From an uncultured Prevotellaceae bacterium (GTDB lineage: Bacteria > Bacteroidota > Bacteroidia > Bacteroidales > Bacteroidaceae): 64,000 nucleotides of DNA. Each line of letters begins with the position of its first letter. The first letter of the stretch is position 1. Positions 1 through 6,884 of this stretch are shown here, in pieces. The stretch is from the NCBI GenBank assembly GCA_937898415.1, contig CALDLA010000009.1, forward strand, positions 4,272-68,271. The letters are read 5' to 3'. Below the pieces are notes generated by a model. That model was not told the origin of the DNA. It made no database searches and saw nothing but the letters and a program-made list of their open reading frames with translations. The position numbers and the translations under genes are program-made.

Positions 1-127
1 TACCTACTTCTTATTAATCTGCATTTGCAGGTTTACACAGGTGCGCAATACTTAAAACACCGCGTTTTAGGTATTGCGCACCTTATTTAATTGCCGTACC
101 TTTGCAGCCGATTTTATAATATCAACT

Positions 128-199
128 ATGACAAAGAGTATTAAGATTTCGGTTCTGTGGCTGCTGACCATCTGCGGGTTTGCAGCACACTCCATTTGA
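128..199 (+). CDS. candidate 23-aa hydrophobic micropeptide (MTKSIKISVLWLLTICGFAAHSI)
   Basis: ATG-to-TGA ORF read by eye, below the track length cut-off. It lies about 20 nt downstream of the module GTACCTTTGCAGCCGAT (contains a TAnnTTTG -7 box), which recurs at 2883 and in near-identical form at 2493. Confidence 0.25.
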   Translation: MTKSIKISVLWLLTICGFAAHSI

Positions 200-333
200 A
201 GGCATGACAGCCTATTCGCCGGAGGATCTGAAAAACTGCTCGACGAAGCAGGTTTCACCCAGACGGAAATCCACCGTAAGAAACCTACGTATGCCACGAT
301 TTTAGGAGTAAAACCATAATTTGCAAACGTTAC

Positions 334-1239
334 TTACATATCCGCCAGCGTGGTATTGTGAAGGATGGCAGTTGATTGGCTGAGCATCTGGATAAACTCG
401 CGGGCAGAGGGCTTTTGATAGGCATCTTTCAAGGTGTGGATGCAACCTTGCATGTGGTTTGAGGGGGCATCGATGGGGATAGCGCGGAGGCCGGGCTCAT
501 TGACAACAGTCGATTCGGCAAGGATGGTGACGTAGCGGGTCTGGTGGACGAGCTTGAATAGCAGACTGACATAACTAATCTCGGCCTTTATTCGAAAATG
601 GCAATCGGTATCGGCGATGAGTTGCTCGAAAGCGTTGCGGGCCTGCATGCCGATGGCGGGAAGGACAAGGCAATACTTCTCCAGTTCCTGTAGCGTGACG
701 CTCTTTTTCTGTGCCAACGAGTGATGGTCGCTGACGATAGCGGCAAGACGATTGTCGAACAACTCGCGGCTCTCGATGTGGGCATTCTGCTCGGTGGGTT
801 TGAAGGCCAGTACGAGATCGAGCTCATGGCGTTGGAGTTTATTGATAAGATCTGTCATCGAGGCGTAGCAGACGTTGAGTTTCACCTTGGGGTACTTCTT
901 GAGGAAGTCGGCCATCGTCTCGGCAATCATACTGCTGAACGAGAAGGTAACGCCGATGTTCAGCTCGCCTGTCAGCATCTGCTTCAGCTCTTGTACGCGC
1001 TGCAGTAGTGTGTCGGCATCGTAGATACACTCGCGGGCCAGCGGCACCAGCATCTGTCCAGCTTCGGTGAGCAGCACCTCATGGCTATTGCGCTCGAAGA
1101 GCTGTTGGTCGAGTTCGTGCTCCAGGTTCAGGATCTGCTGAGAGAGCGTACTCTGCGTGATAAACAATTCGCGGGCCGCTACGGAGAAGTTAAGCGTCTC
1201 AGCCACACGGAGGAAATATTTCAGTTGGCGAAGTTCCAT
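334..1239 (-). CDS. LysR-family transcriptional regulator
   Basis: 301-aa ORF. The N-terminus MELRQLKYFLRVAETLNFSVAARELFITQSTLSQQI is a typical LysR wHTH, followed by a substrate-binding-like C-terminal part. It starts 12 nt after the upstream gene's stop. Confidence 0.9.
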   Translation of the reverse strand: MELRQLKYFLRVAETLNFSVAARELFITQSTLSQQILNLEHELDQQLFERNSHEVLLTEAGQMLVPLARECIYDADTLLQRVQELKQMLTGELNIGVTFSFSSMIAETMADFLKKYPKVKLNVCYASMTDLINKLQRHELDLVLAFKPTEQNAHIESRELFDNRLAAIVSDHHSLAQKKSVTLQELEKYCLVLPAIGMQARNAFEQLIADTDCHFRIKAEISYVSLLFKLVHQTRYVTILAESTVVNEPGLRAIPIDAPSNHMQGCIHTLKDAYQKPSAREFIQMLSQSTAILHNTTLADM

Positions 1240-1251
1240 ACTTTGTATGTA

Positions 1252-1650
1252 TTATAGGTTGGGAGATATTGCGCTAATCCAGTTGTCAATAGAATAATGT
1301 TGTATACCGAAAAGCGGGTTGATAATGTGTTTTACATTTCGTTGGTAGAGCACATACTTAAGAATATTAAGCCTCTCTGAAGTAAGACTATCAGATGGTA
1401 CATAGATGGCCAAGCATTTTCCTGTCAGATTCATGCTGTGGAAGGTGTCGATGAATTCCTGCCATTCTCTTTCTGCTCCCTCAGCGTTGATTGAGGGAAG
1501 ACAGAGCACGATATTCTCAACACCATTCATGAGGGCCTCACCAATGTGGCGAGTACAGGTTGTCTGCGCTCCAAGGAAAAAGGCAATGCGCTTGGCATCA
1601 GCCTTGGTCAGTTCGGACTCGTGTCCGTAGATTACTATTGTCGATTTCAT
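1252..1650 (-). CDS. flavodoxin-fold-like small protein (132 aa)
   Basis: Internal ATG (MKSTIVIYGHES...) of track ORF 1252..1872. The layout is flavodoxin-like (beta1 then loop, ...EREWQEFIDTF...LTGKCLAIYV), but the canonical T/S-x-T-G-x-T FMN loop is not evident. The upstream 74 codons of the track ORF overlie the structured leader. Confidence 0.55.
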   Translation of the reverse strand: MKSTIVIYGHESELTKADAKRIAFFLGAQTTCTRHIGEALMNGVENIVLCLPSINAEGAEREWQEFIDTFHSMNLTGKCLAIYVPSDSLTSERLNILKYVLYQRNVKHIINPLFGIQHYSIDNWISAISPNL

Positions 1651-1879
1651 TATCTTTTTGTTTAAAATGGGAGATGCTGTCTCACGACTGGGTCTCCCGT
1701 TGGCTTTGTCTTCGTCCGTCACGACTCGACCATCTTCGAGTGAACTCGGATGGTGCTCGCTGTTCCGTCCGTTGAACTTATATAATAATACACGTATGTG
1801 CGCATTGCTGCGCTGAGCCAATAAAAAGAGAGCTTGCACCTCTTCGCCCTTACATCGAGGGTCGTTCGGCATTTTACCG

Positions 1880-2125
1880 ACAAAGGCTGGTCTTCAGACT
1901 TTCCTCCACTCCCAAGCGCCTTCTCACCCAAACGGGCAATGGCGTGATTTAGCGAGAGCAAAGCCGAATACATTCGAGCTTTGCAGAGCGTGAACGTCAT
2001 CGAACGAAGTTCAATGGCGTTTATGCTTAGGAGCCATAACGGAGTTCACTGCTGCGGGACAGTCGGAGATTCTCACTCACATTCCCAATTAAGCACAGCT
2101 AAGTGCACCTTCGCGGGCAACACAT
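1880..2125 (-). promoter_or_regulatory. cobalamin (B12) riboswitch aptamer
   Basis: The minus-strand sense reads GGTGCACTTAGCTGTGCTTAATTGGGAATGTGAGTGAGAATCTCCGACTGTCCCGCAGCAGTGAA (2045-2086 core), then a variable insert, then the B12-box-like AAGTCTGAAGACCAGCC (1885-1901). It lies downstream of a TACCTTTG -7 box at 2149-2142. Confidence 0.75.
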
Positions 2126-2141
2126 TTCTGTATTACGGGTG

Positions 2142-2149
2142 CAAAGGTA
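2142..2149 (-). promoter_or_regulatory. Bacteroidota -7 promoter box TACCTTTG for the riboswitch operon
   Basis: The plus strand reads caaaggta, which is TAccTTTG on the minus strand, just upstream of the riboswitch. Confidence 0.5.
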
Positions 2150-2307
2150 CGAATAATTTTGGAATAAGCTTGCAACTAAGCTGGAAAATCGTTTATTGTT
2201 TTTTTCGATAGCGCCTTTCGGAACAACCAATAACCGAGCCGTCAGCCTTTAGCGGATAATCCGTATATTTGCACCAGAATTGTGAATCAATAAAAACTAT
2301 CAGCATT

Positions 2308-2397
2308 ATGCAGTACATTGTCATCGTAGCCCTTGAATTCGTGATTGCCTTCTCTGGTGTCGCATTGTTTGTCAGGTATTATAATAGCAAGCCTTAA
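2308..2397 (+). CDS. candidate 29-aa single-TM micropeptide (MQYIVIVALEFVIAFSGVALFVRYYNSKP)
   Basis: ORF read by eye with a TATATTTG -7-like box about 40 nt upstream and two hairpins directly downstream (2401-2419, 2421-2443). It shares the ALEFV(I/V)xF core with the next peptide. Confidence 0.35.
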   Translation: MQYIVIVALEFVIAFSGVALFVRYYNSKP

Positions 2398-2528
2398 CTG
2401 CTATCGAGAAATCCGATAGCAGCAATCCGTTTTCTGTGGATTGCCGCTTTCTTCACTTCCCATAGCCAACGCTTTCGGCTTTCCATGATTCGGCGTACCT
2501 TTGCATCCGAATTATAATATAAATAGAC

Positions 2529-2630
2529 ATGGAAAGTATTTATTGTTGGCTTATCATAGCCTTAGAGTTTGTTGTTGGTTTCTTCTTCGTGAAGTGGTTG
2601 GTCCGTCATAACAACATAGAAGTTGAGTGA
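2529..2630 (+). CDS. candidate 33-aa single-TM micropeptide (MESIYCWLIIALEFVVGFFFVKWLVRHNNIEVE)
   Basis: ORF read by eye, preceded by CGTACCTTTGCATCCGAATTATAATAT, which is near-identical to the leader of the 128..199 ORF. It looks like a paralog of the 2308..2397 peptide. Confidence 0.35.
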   Translation: MESIYCWLIIALEFVVGFFFVKWLVRHNNIEVE

Positions 2631-2691
2631 TGTTCATGCGCATTATCACCATACAGATATCGATATTAAACTTGGATAAAGGATTAAGATT

Positions 2692-2805
2692 ATGCTGAGA
2701 ATGATTATCATCGACATCATTGTCCTCGCCTTCGCTACTTGGGCTGTAATAATGTTCTTACACCACGACGAACGTAAACATGAACAGAGTAATCCACAAA
2801 AATAG
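2692..2805 (+). CDS. candidate 37-aa single-TM micropeptide (MLRMIIIDIIVLAFATWAVIMFLHHDERKHEQSNPQK)
   Basis: ORF read by eye. It has a hydrophobic N-terminal half and a charged, His-containing tail. Confidence 0.3.
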   Translation: MLRMIIIDIIVLAFATWAVIMFLHHDERKHEQSNPQK

Positions 2806-2896
2806 ATACAAATATAAGCATTAAATTTGTATTCTCAGAAAAAACTCTATCTGTTTGCAACCGAGTTGCGAATTATTTGTTGTACCTTTGCAGCCG

Positions 2897-4126
2897 ATGG
2901 ATATACAGAGTTTCTTCATATCACTCTTGAACGTGGTCTGCGAGATGGCTCCCTATCTGTTGTTGGGATTCTTCATCGCAGGAGTTCTGCACGTCTTTGT
3001 GCCGCAAAGGTTCTATGCCAATTATCTTTCGCGTAACAATAAGCTGTCCGTTGTTTGGGCGGCGCTGTTGGGCATACCCCTCCCGCTGTGTTCATGTGGA
3101 GTCATCCCCACCGCTATAGGACTAAGGAACGAGAAGGCGTCGAAGGGAGCCATTGCCTCGTTTCTGATTGCCACACCGCAGACGGGCATCGACTCCATTC
3201 TGGCCACTTTCTCGCTGATGGGACTTGGCTTTGCCATTATCCGTCCTACAGCAGCGCTTATCACAGGTGTTTGTGGCGGACTGCTGGTAAACCGTCTGGT
3301 TCGTGAGGATGATATAAAGGATGATTCGTCCACTTCATGCCAAGTAGAAAGCGGAAACAGGATTTGGCGCGTACTAAAGTATGCCTACTATGATATGCTT
3401 CGCGACATCGGTCTGCGACTGCTTATCGGACTTGTTGTTGCGGCATTGATTCAGGTCGCTGTACCTGATGAGTTTTTCCTCAGTTTCGGCAGTCAACCAC
3501 TGTTGCAGATGCTGGTAATCTTGGTTATCGCCGTACCGATGTATATCTGCTCGACGGGTAGTATTCCCGTGGCAGCAGCCCTGATGATGAAAGGACTCTC
3601 GCCAGGAGCGGCACTGGTGATGCTGATGGCCGGGCCTGCGGTAAATCTCGCCTCTATCCTCGTGGTTCATAAGTCGATGGGACGTCTCTTCACATCGATT
3701 TATCTGATGACCATTGTTGGTTTCGCAGTTCTATTCGGCCTGCTGCTCAATGCTACGGGAATCGACTTCTCCGTCGCTGCCCAAGATGCTTGCTGCATGA
3801 GCACGTCCGTTCTGCCAAGTCCGTTCAAATTCGTTTGCGCCACAGTATTAACACTATTAATAATATTTGCTCTTATGATGAAGTTTTTCAGCAAGTTTAC
3901 CAGCAAAAAGCCGTTAGACCCCGATGTAATCGTCTACCGGGTTGAGGATATGCATTGCAGCCATTGCGAGGCCGCCGTCGTCCGTGCCGTCGAGGAAGTG
4001 CCAGGCGTAGAGAAAGCCAAGGCCAGTGCATCAGCCAACACCCTCACCATCAAAGGCCCCGCCACAGAAGAGTCTATCCGTAAAGCTGTTGAGGGTATCG
4101 GATATACGTTCAAAGGAAAGGCTTGA
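2897..4126 (+). CDS. permease (SO_0444/ArsP-like, CSCG motif) fused to a C-terminal heavy-metal-associated domain
   Basis: Multi-TM protein with LPLCSCGVIP and a C-terminal VYRVEDMHCSHCEAAV... (MxCxxC HMA fold). I prefer the internal ATG at 2897 (MDIQSFF...) because the TAccTTTG box at 2883-2890 lies inside the longer track ORF. Confidence 0.8.
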   Translation: MDIQSFFISLLNVVCEMAPYLLLGFFIAGVLHVFVPQRFYANYLSRNNKLSVVWAALLGIPLPLCSCGVIPTAIGLRNEKASKGAIASFLIATPQTGIDSILATFSLMGLGFAIIRPTAALITGVCGGLLVNRLVREDDIKDDSSTSCQVESGNRIWRVLKYAYYDMLRDIGLRLLIGLVVAALIQVAVPDEFFLSFGSQPLLQMLVILVIAVPMYICSTGSIPVAAALMMKGLSPGAALVMLMAGPAVNLASILVVHKSMGRLFTSIYLMTIVGFAVLFGLLLNATGIDFSVAAQDACCMSTSVLPSPFKFVCATVLTLLIIFALMMKFFSKFTSKKPLDPDVIVYRVEDMHCSHCEAAVVRAVEEVPGVEKAKASASANTLTIKGPATEESIRKAVEGIGYTFKGKA

Positions 4127-4140
4127 TATAATTAATCAAA

Positions 4141-4176
4141 GCTCCGACCTGCAGTTAGCAAGCCGGAGCATCTTTT
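4141..4176. terminator. hairpin between convergent genes
   Basis: GCTCCG...CGGAGC stem followed by a TCTTTT run. The loop is long, so support is moderate. Confidence 0.35.
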
Positions 4177-4194
4177 GGAATTATATGGAATGGC

Positions 4195-4605
4195 TTACGC
4201 CACGAAGTGCTTGATGTTGTGGGCTGAAGTCTTGTTGGCATCGTAGCTGACTGTCAACTCACGAGTGCGTGGATTCCAGTTGGTGTCCATCACGCCCTTC
4301 ATATTCTCAACCTTTGCCACAACTTTCTTATGAGGTTCGTGACGGCTCACCTTGATAGTGCAGGTCTTCACGTCAGGACGATAGGCATGGGTCTTGTTGG
4401 CATCGAAGTGGCTTGTCTTTTTATCAACCTTGTCGAAGTGCGAACCCTTCTTATCGTTATTCACTACCACAACAACCTTGTCGTTCTTACCGTTGTTGTT
4501 CTTCTTATTACCGGCCATTGCTGGCATTGCGAATGTGATGCTCATCATCATCATGATTGCGATCACTTTATTCAGCCAATTAGTGCTCACTATTGTCTTC
4601 TTCAT
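4195..4605 (-). CDS. secreted hypothetical protein with a Cys-less HMA-like C-terminal fold
   Basis: Signal peptide ...MMMMSITFAMPAMAG, a Lys/Asn/His-rich linker, and a C-terminal beta-alpha-beta-like segment (TIKVSRHEPHKKVVAKVENMKGVMDTNWNPRTRELTVSYD) that lacks CxxC. TAACTTTG box on the minus strand at 4680-4673. Confidence 0.55.
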   Translation of the reverse strand: MKKTIVSTNWLNKVIAIMMMMSITFAMPAMAGNKKNNNGKNDKVVVVVNNDKKGSHFDKVDKKTSHFDANKTHAYRPDVKTCTIKVSRHEPHKKVVAKVENMKGVMDTNWNPRTRELTVSYDANKTSAHNIKHFVA

Positions 4606-4863
4606 AATCTTCTTCTTTTAAATTGTTCAACTTTCGTTATGTGTTCAGACTCCTATGTTCTGGATCACGGTGCAAAGTTAAGGCGAATCAATGGGATTTG
4701 AAAATGAAAAACCCGATTTTGAGATTCCTGAATCCCTAAACTTTCATGGGGATTTTCCCAAAGGCCCCGAATGTTTAACTGAGTTTAAAGAATTGACAGC
4801 GTAGTTTAAGCGAGTTTAAATTCCGTGCCATTCTGGCCTCTTTGGAATGTCAGATTGGCATTC

Positions 4864-4877
4864 GGCACGTAAGTTGC
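4864..4877 (+). promoter_or_regulatory. sigma-54-like -24/-12 element (GGCACGtaagTTGC)
   Basis: It matches TGGCACG-N4-TTGCW with correct GG-to-GC spacing, except for the T that should precede GG. It lies about 87 nt upstream of the Hsp20 ATG. Upstream are a CGTGCC/GGCACG inverted pair and two GAGTTTAAA copies. Confidence 0.35.
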
Positions 4878-4963
4878 TTTTAGATGTGTGAGAGCCGGAG
4901 CTCAAAAGGCAAAGGCACTCAGAACATACGTTAAACTAAAAGTATAATTAGGAGGTATTGATT

Positions 4964-5425
4964 ATGTTACCAGTAATGTTTCAGAACAGTTGGATGCCAA
5001 CAGTATTTGAGGATTTCTTGAACAATGATTGGATGCCTCGTGCCAACAGTACAGCACCCGCAGTCAATGTCAAGGAGAGTGAGAAGGCCTACACGATGGA
5101 ACTTGCAGCTCCAGGCATTAAGAAAGAATATTGCCGTGTGGCCATCAACGACGAGGGCAACCTCACCATCGCCATTGAGAAGGGAGGAGTCCACGATGTT
5201 GATAACATCGATGGAGGGCACCAACAGGAACACAAGCATGAGGACAAGCACCATCACTATCTGCGCCGCGAGTTCAGCTACTCGAACTACGAGCAGAGCT
5301 ACACGCTGCCAGACGATGTGGTGAAGGATCAGATCTCTGCCAAGGTCGAGGACGGCATCCTGACCGTCACCATGCCGAAGACCGAGCCGAAGCAGAAGGT
5401 CACCAAGGCCATCGAGGTATCATAA
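4964..5425 (+). CDS. Hsp20/alpha-crystallin small heat-shock protein with a His-rich insert
   Basis: Alpha-crystallin hallmarks (PAVNVKESEKAYTMELAAPG...YLRREFSYSNYEQSYTLPDDV...EDGILTVTMPK). AGGAGG lies 8 nt upstream of the ATG at 4964. The insert is HDVDNIDGGHQQEHKHEDKHHH. Confidence 0.9.
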   Translation: MLPVMFQNSWMPTVFEDFLNNDWMPRANSTAPAVNVKESEKAYTMELAAPGIKKEYCRVAINDEGNLTIAIEKGGVHDVDNIDGGHQQEHKHEDKHHHYLRREFSYSNYEQSYTLPDDVVKDQISAKVEDGILTVTMPKTEPKQKVTKAIEVS

Positions 5426-5472
5426 GCCTTTCATGGCTTTGTCTAAAAAGGATTGAAACATCTAAAACAGTT

Positions 5473-5513
5473 GGGAGCAGCATCCATTGCGGTGTTGCTC
5501 CTCTTTATTTATT
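5473..5513. terminator. bidirectional hairpin terminator between Hsp20 and dinB
   Basis: GGGAGCAGCA / TGTTGCTCC stem followed by TCTTTATTTATTT. Confidence 0.55.
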
Positions 5514-6606
5514 TCTCTGGCCATGGCTCAAATTCCAATTCCAACTCAATCCATTGATTTTCTTCCTGTGGTGTGGCAATCTTTTGATTGGAAACGCCCA
5601 ATCCTAACAGTCGGATGGGGTGTGTGTGGCGCTCGGCGTAGCCGCTTTGCTTGTCAAAGAACTCCACTTGTTGCATCAACTGCTTGGCCAACGGAAGGAT
5701 TTCGTCTTTGGTGCGGAGAATATAATCAACAGTGATGCTGCGGGTGATTTGCCGGAAGTCCAGAAACTTCACTTTCAGTGTCAGGGTGCGGCCCTCGAAG
5801 TCATTCTTCTCGATGCGCCTGACTAGTTCGAGCACCGTGTGATACAGGTGAATGGTGACGGCGGCATTCTCGCTGATGTCCGATTCAAAGGTCTGTTCAC
5901 AGCTGACACTCTTCCGTTCCCACTCGCTGATGACAGGCCGGTTGTCGATACCTCGCGAGAAATCGTAGAACACTTGCCCCATCTTGCCGAACTCCTGCGT
6001 CAGTCGGCTCAGCGACATGTTTCTCAGGTCAAGTCCCGTGAAGATTCCCATTCGGTGCATTTTCTCAGCGGTCTTCTGACCTATACCCCAAATCTTCTCT
6101 ATCTTCAGTTGTGCGATGAAGTCCAAAGCCCTGTCAGGGTGAATCACTGTCAGCCCGTCGGGTTTGCGCCAATCGGAGGCAATCTTTGCCAGGAACTTGC
6201 AGTAGCTCACGCCTGCCGATGCCGTCAGTCCCGTCGTCTCACGGATACGCTGCTTGATTTCTCGCGCAATATCCACGCCCAACTCAATTCCCTTCTTATT
6301 CTCCGTCACATCGAGGAAGGCTTCGTCGAGGGATATAGGCTCTATCAGGTCGGTATAGTCGTGGAATATCTCATGTAACTGTGCTGAAACCTCCTTATAC
6401 TTTTGGAAATGCGGCTCCACGATGATCAGTTGCGGACACAGCCGCTTGGCAACCTGAATGGACTGTGCCGAATGCACGCCAAACCGCCGTGCTTCGTAGC
6501 TGGCTGTTGATACCACGCCCCGTTCGGCATCGTGCCCCACCGCTATCGGCTTGCCACGAAGCTCAGGATTGTCGCGCTGCTCTACAGCCGCGAAAAACTG
6601 GTCCAT
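5509..6606 (-). CDS. dinB: DNA polymerase IV (Y-family), apparently N-terminally short
   Basis: MDQFFAAVEQRDNPELRGKPIAVG..., SLDEAFLDVT, and little-finger region. In-frame stops lie 9-10 codons upstream of the ATG. Confidence 0.88.
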   Translation of the reverse strand: MDQFFAAVEQRDNPELRGKPIAVGHDAERGVVSTASYEARRFGVHSAQSIQVAKRLCPQLIIVEPHFQKYKEVSAQLHEIFHDYTDLIEPISLDEAFLDVTENKKGIELGVDIAREIKQRIRETTGLTASAGVSYCKFLAKIASDWRKPDGLTVIHPDRALDFIAQLKIEKIWGIGQKTAEKMHRMGIFTGLDLRNMSLSRLTQEFGKMGQVFYDFSRGIDNRPVISEWERKSVSCEQTFESDISENAAVTIHLYHTVLELVRRIEKNDFEGRTLTLKVKFLDFRQITRSITVDYILRTKDEILPLAKQLMQQVEFFDKQSGYAERHTHPIRLLGLGVSNQKIATPQEENQWIELELEFEPWPEK

Positions 6607-6828
6607 ATTATCAGAAAGTTTTGATAATATGGATTATCAGAACCAAAGATATATCATATCAATTGTGTAAGTTGTTGAGTTTTAAATTATTTATTAGTCC
6701 TTAGTTCTGATAATATTGGAAAAGATAAACAATAATCATGAAACTGCAAAATATTTCGCCCACTTTTTTGCATAAGCAGGCGAAAAACACTGTAAGGCCG
6801 AATTATTATCGACTTACAGAACATAAAA

Positions 6829-6864
6829 GAAGCCGCGTTTCCCGAATGCGGAAAGCGCGACTTC
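6829..6864. terminator. strong hairpin terminator at the end of the SusCD/FAS1 operon
   Basis: GAAGCCGCGTTTCC-loop-GGAAAGCGCGACTTC, flanked by T-rich runs on both strands. Confidence 0.65.
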
Positions 6865-6884
6865 TTCTATTTTGTTTGCTCAAC

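Noticed and set aside
41-81. Hairpin GTGCGCAATAC...GTATTGCGCAC as an RNA gene
   Set aside because: It is a single 11-bp-stem hairpin with an inner AAAAC/GTTTT stem near the window edge. It is most simply a terminator or operator of a gene outside the window, and there is too little context to say more.
67-297. 76-aa minus-strand ORF at the window start
   Set aside because: It has no motif, no start context and odd composition. It overlaps the promoter module and the candidate micropeptide on the plus strand.
1651-1872. N-terminal 74 codons of track ORF 1252..1872
   Set aside because: This part overlaps the structured riboswitch leader and has no protein-like features. A clean MKSTIVIYG start exists at 1650.
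1660-1960. RNase P RNA, suggested by GGAGGAAAGTCTGAAGACC on the minus strand
   Set aside because: No complementary P4 3-prime strand (ACAGAA..GGCTTA type) pairs with it. The motif is better explained as the B12 box (AGTCTGAAGACCAGCC) of the cobalamin riboswitch, whose 5-prime core lies at 2045-2086.
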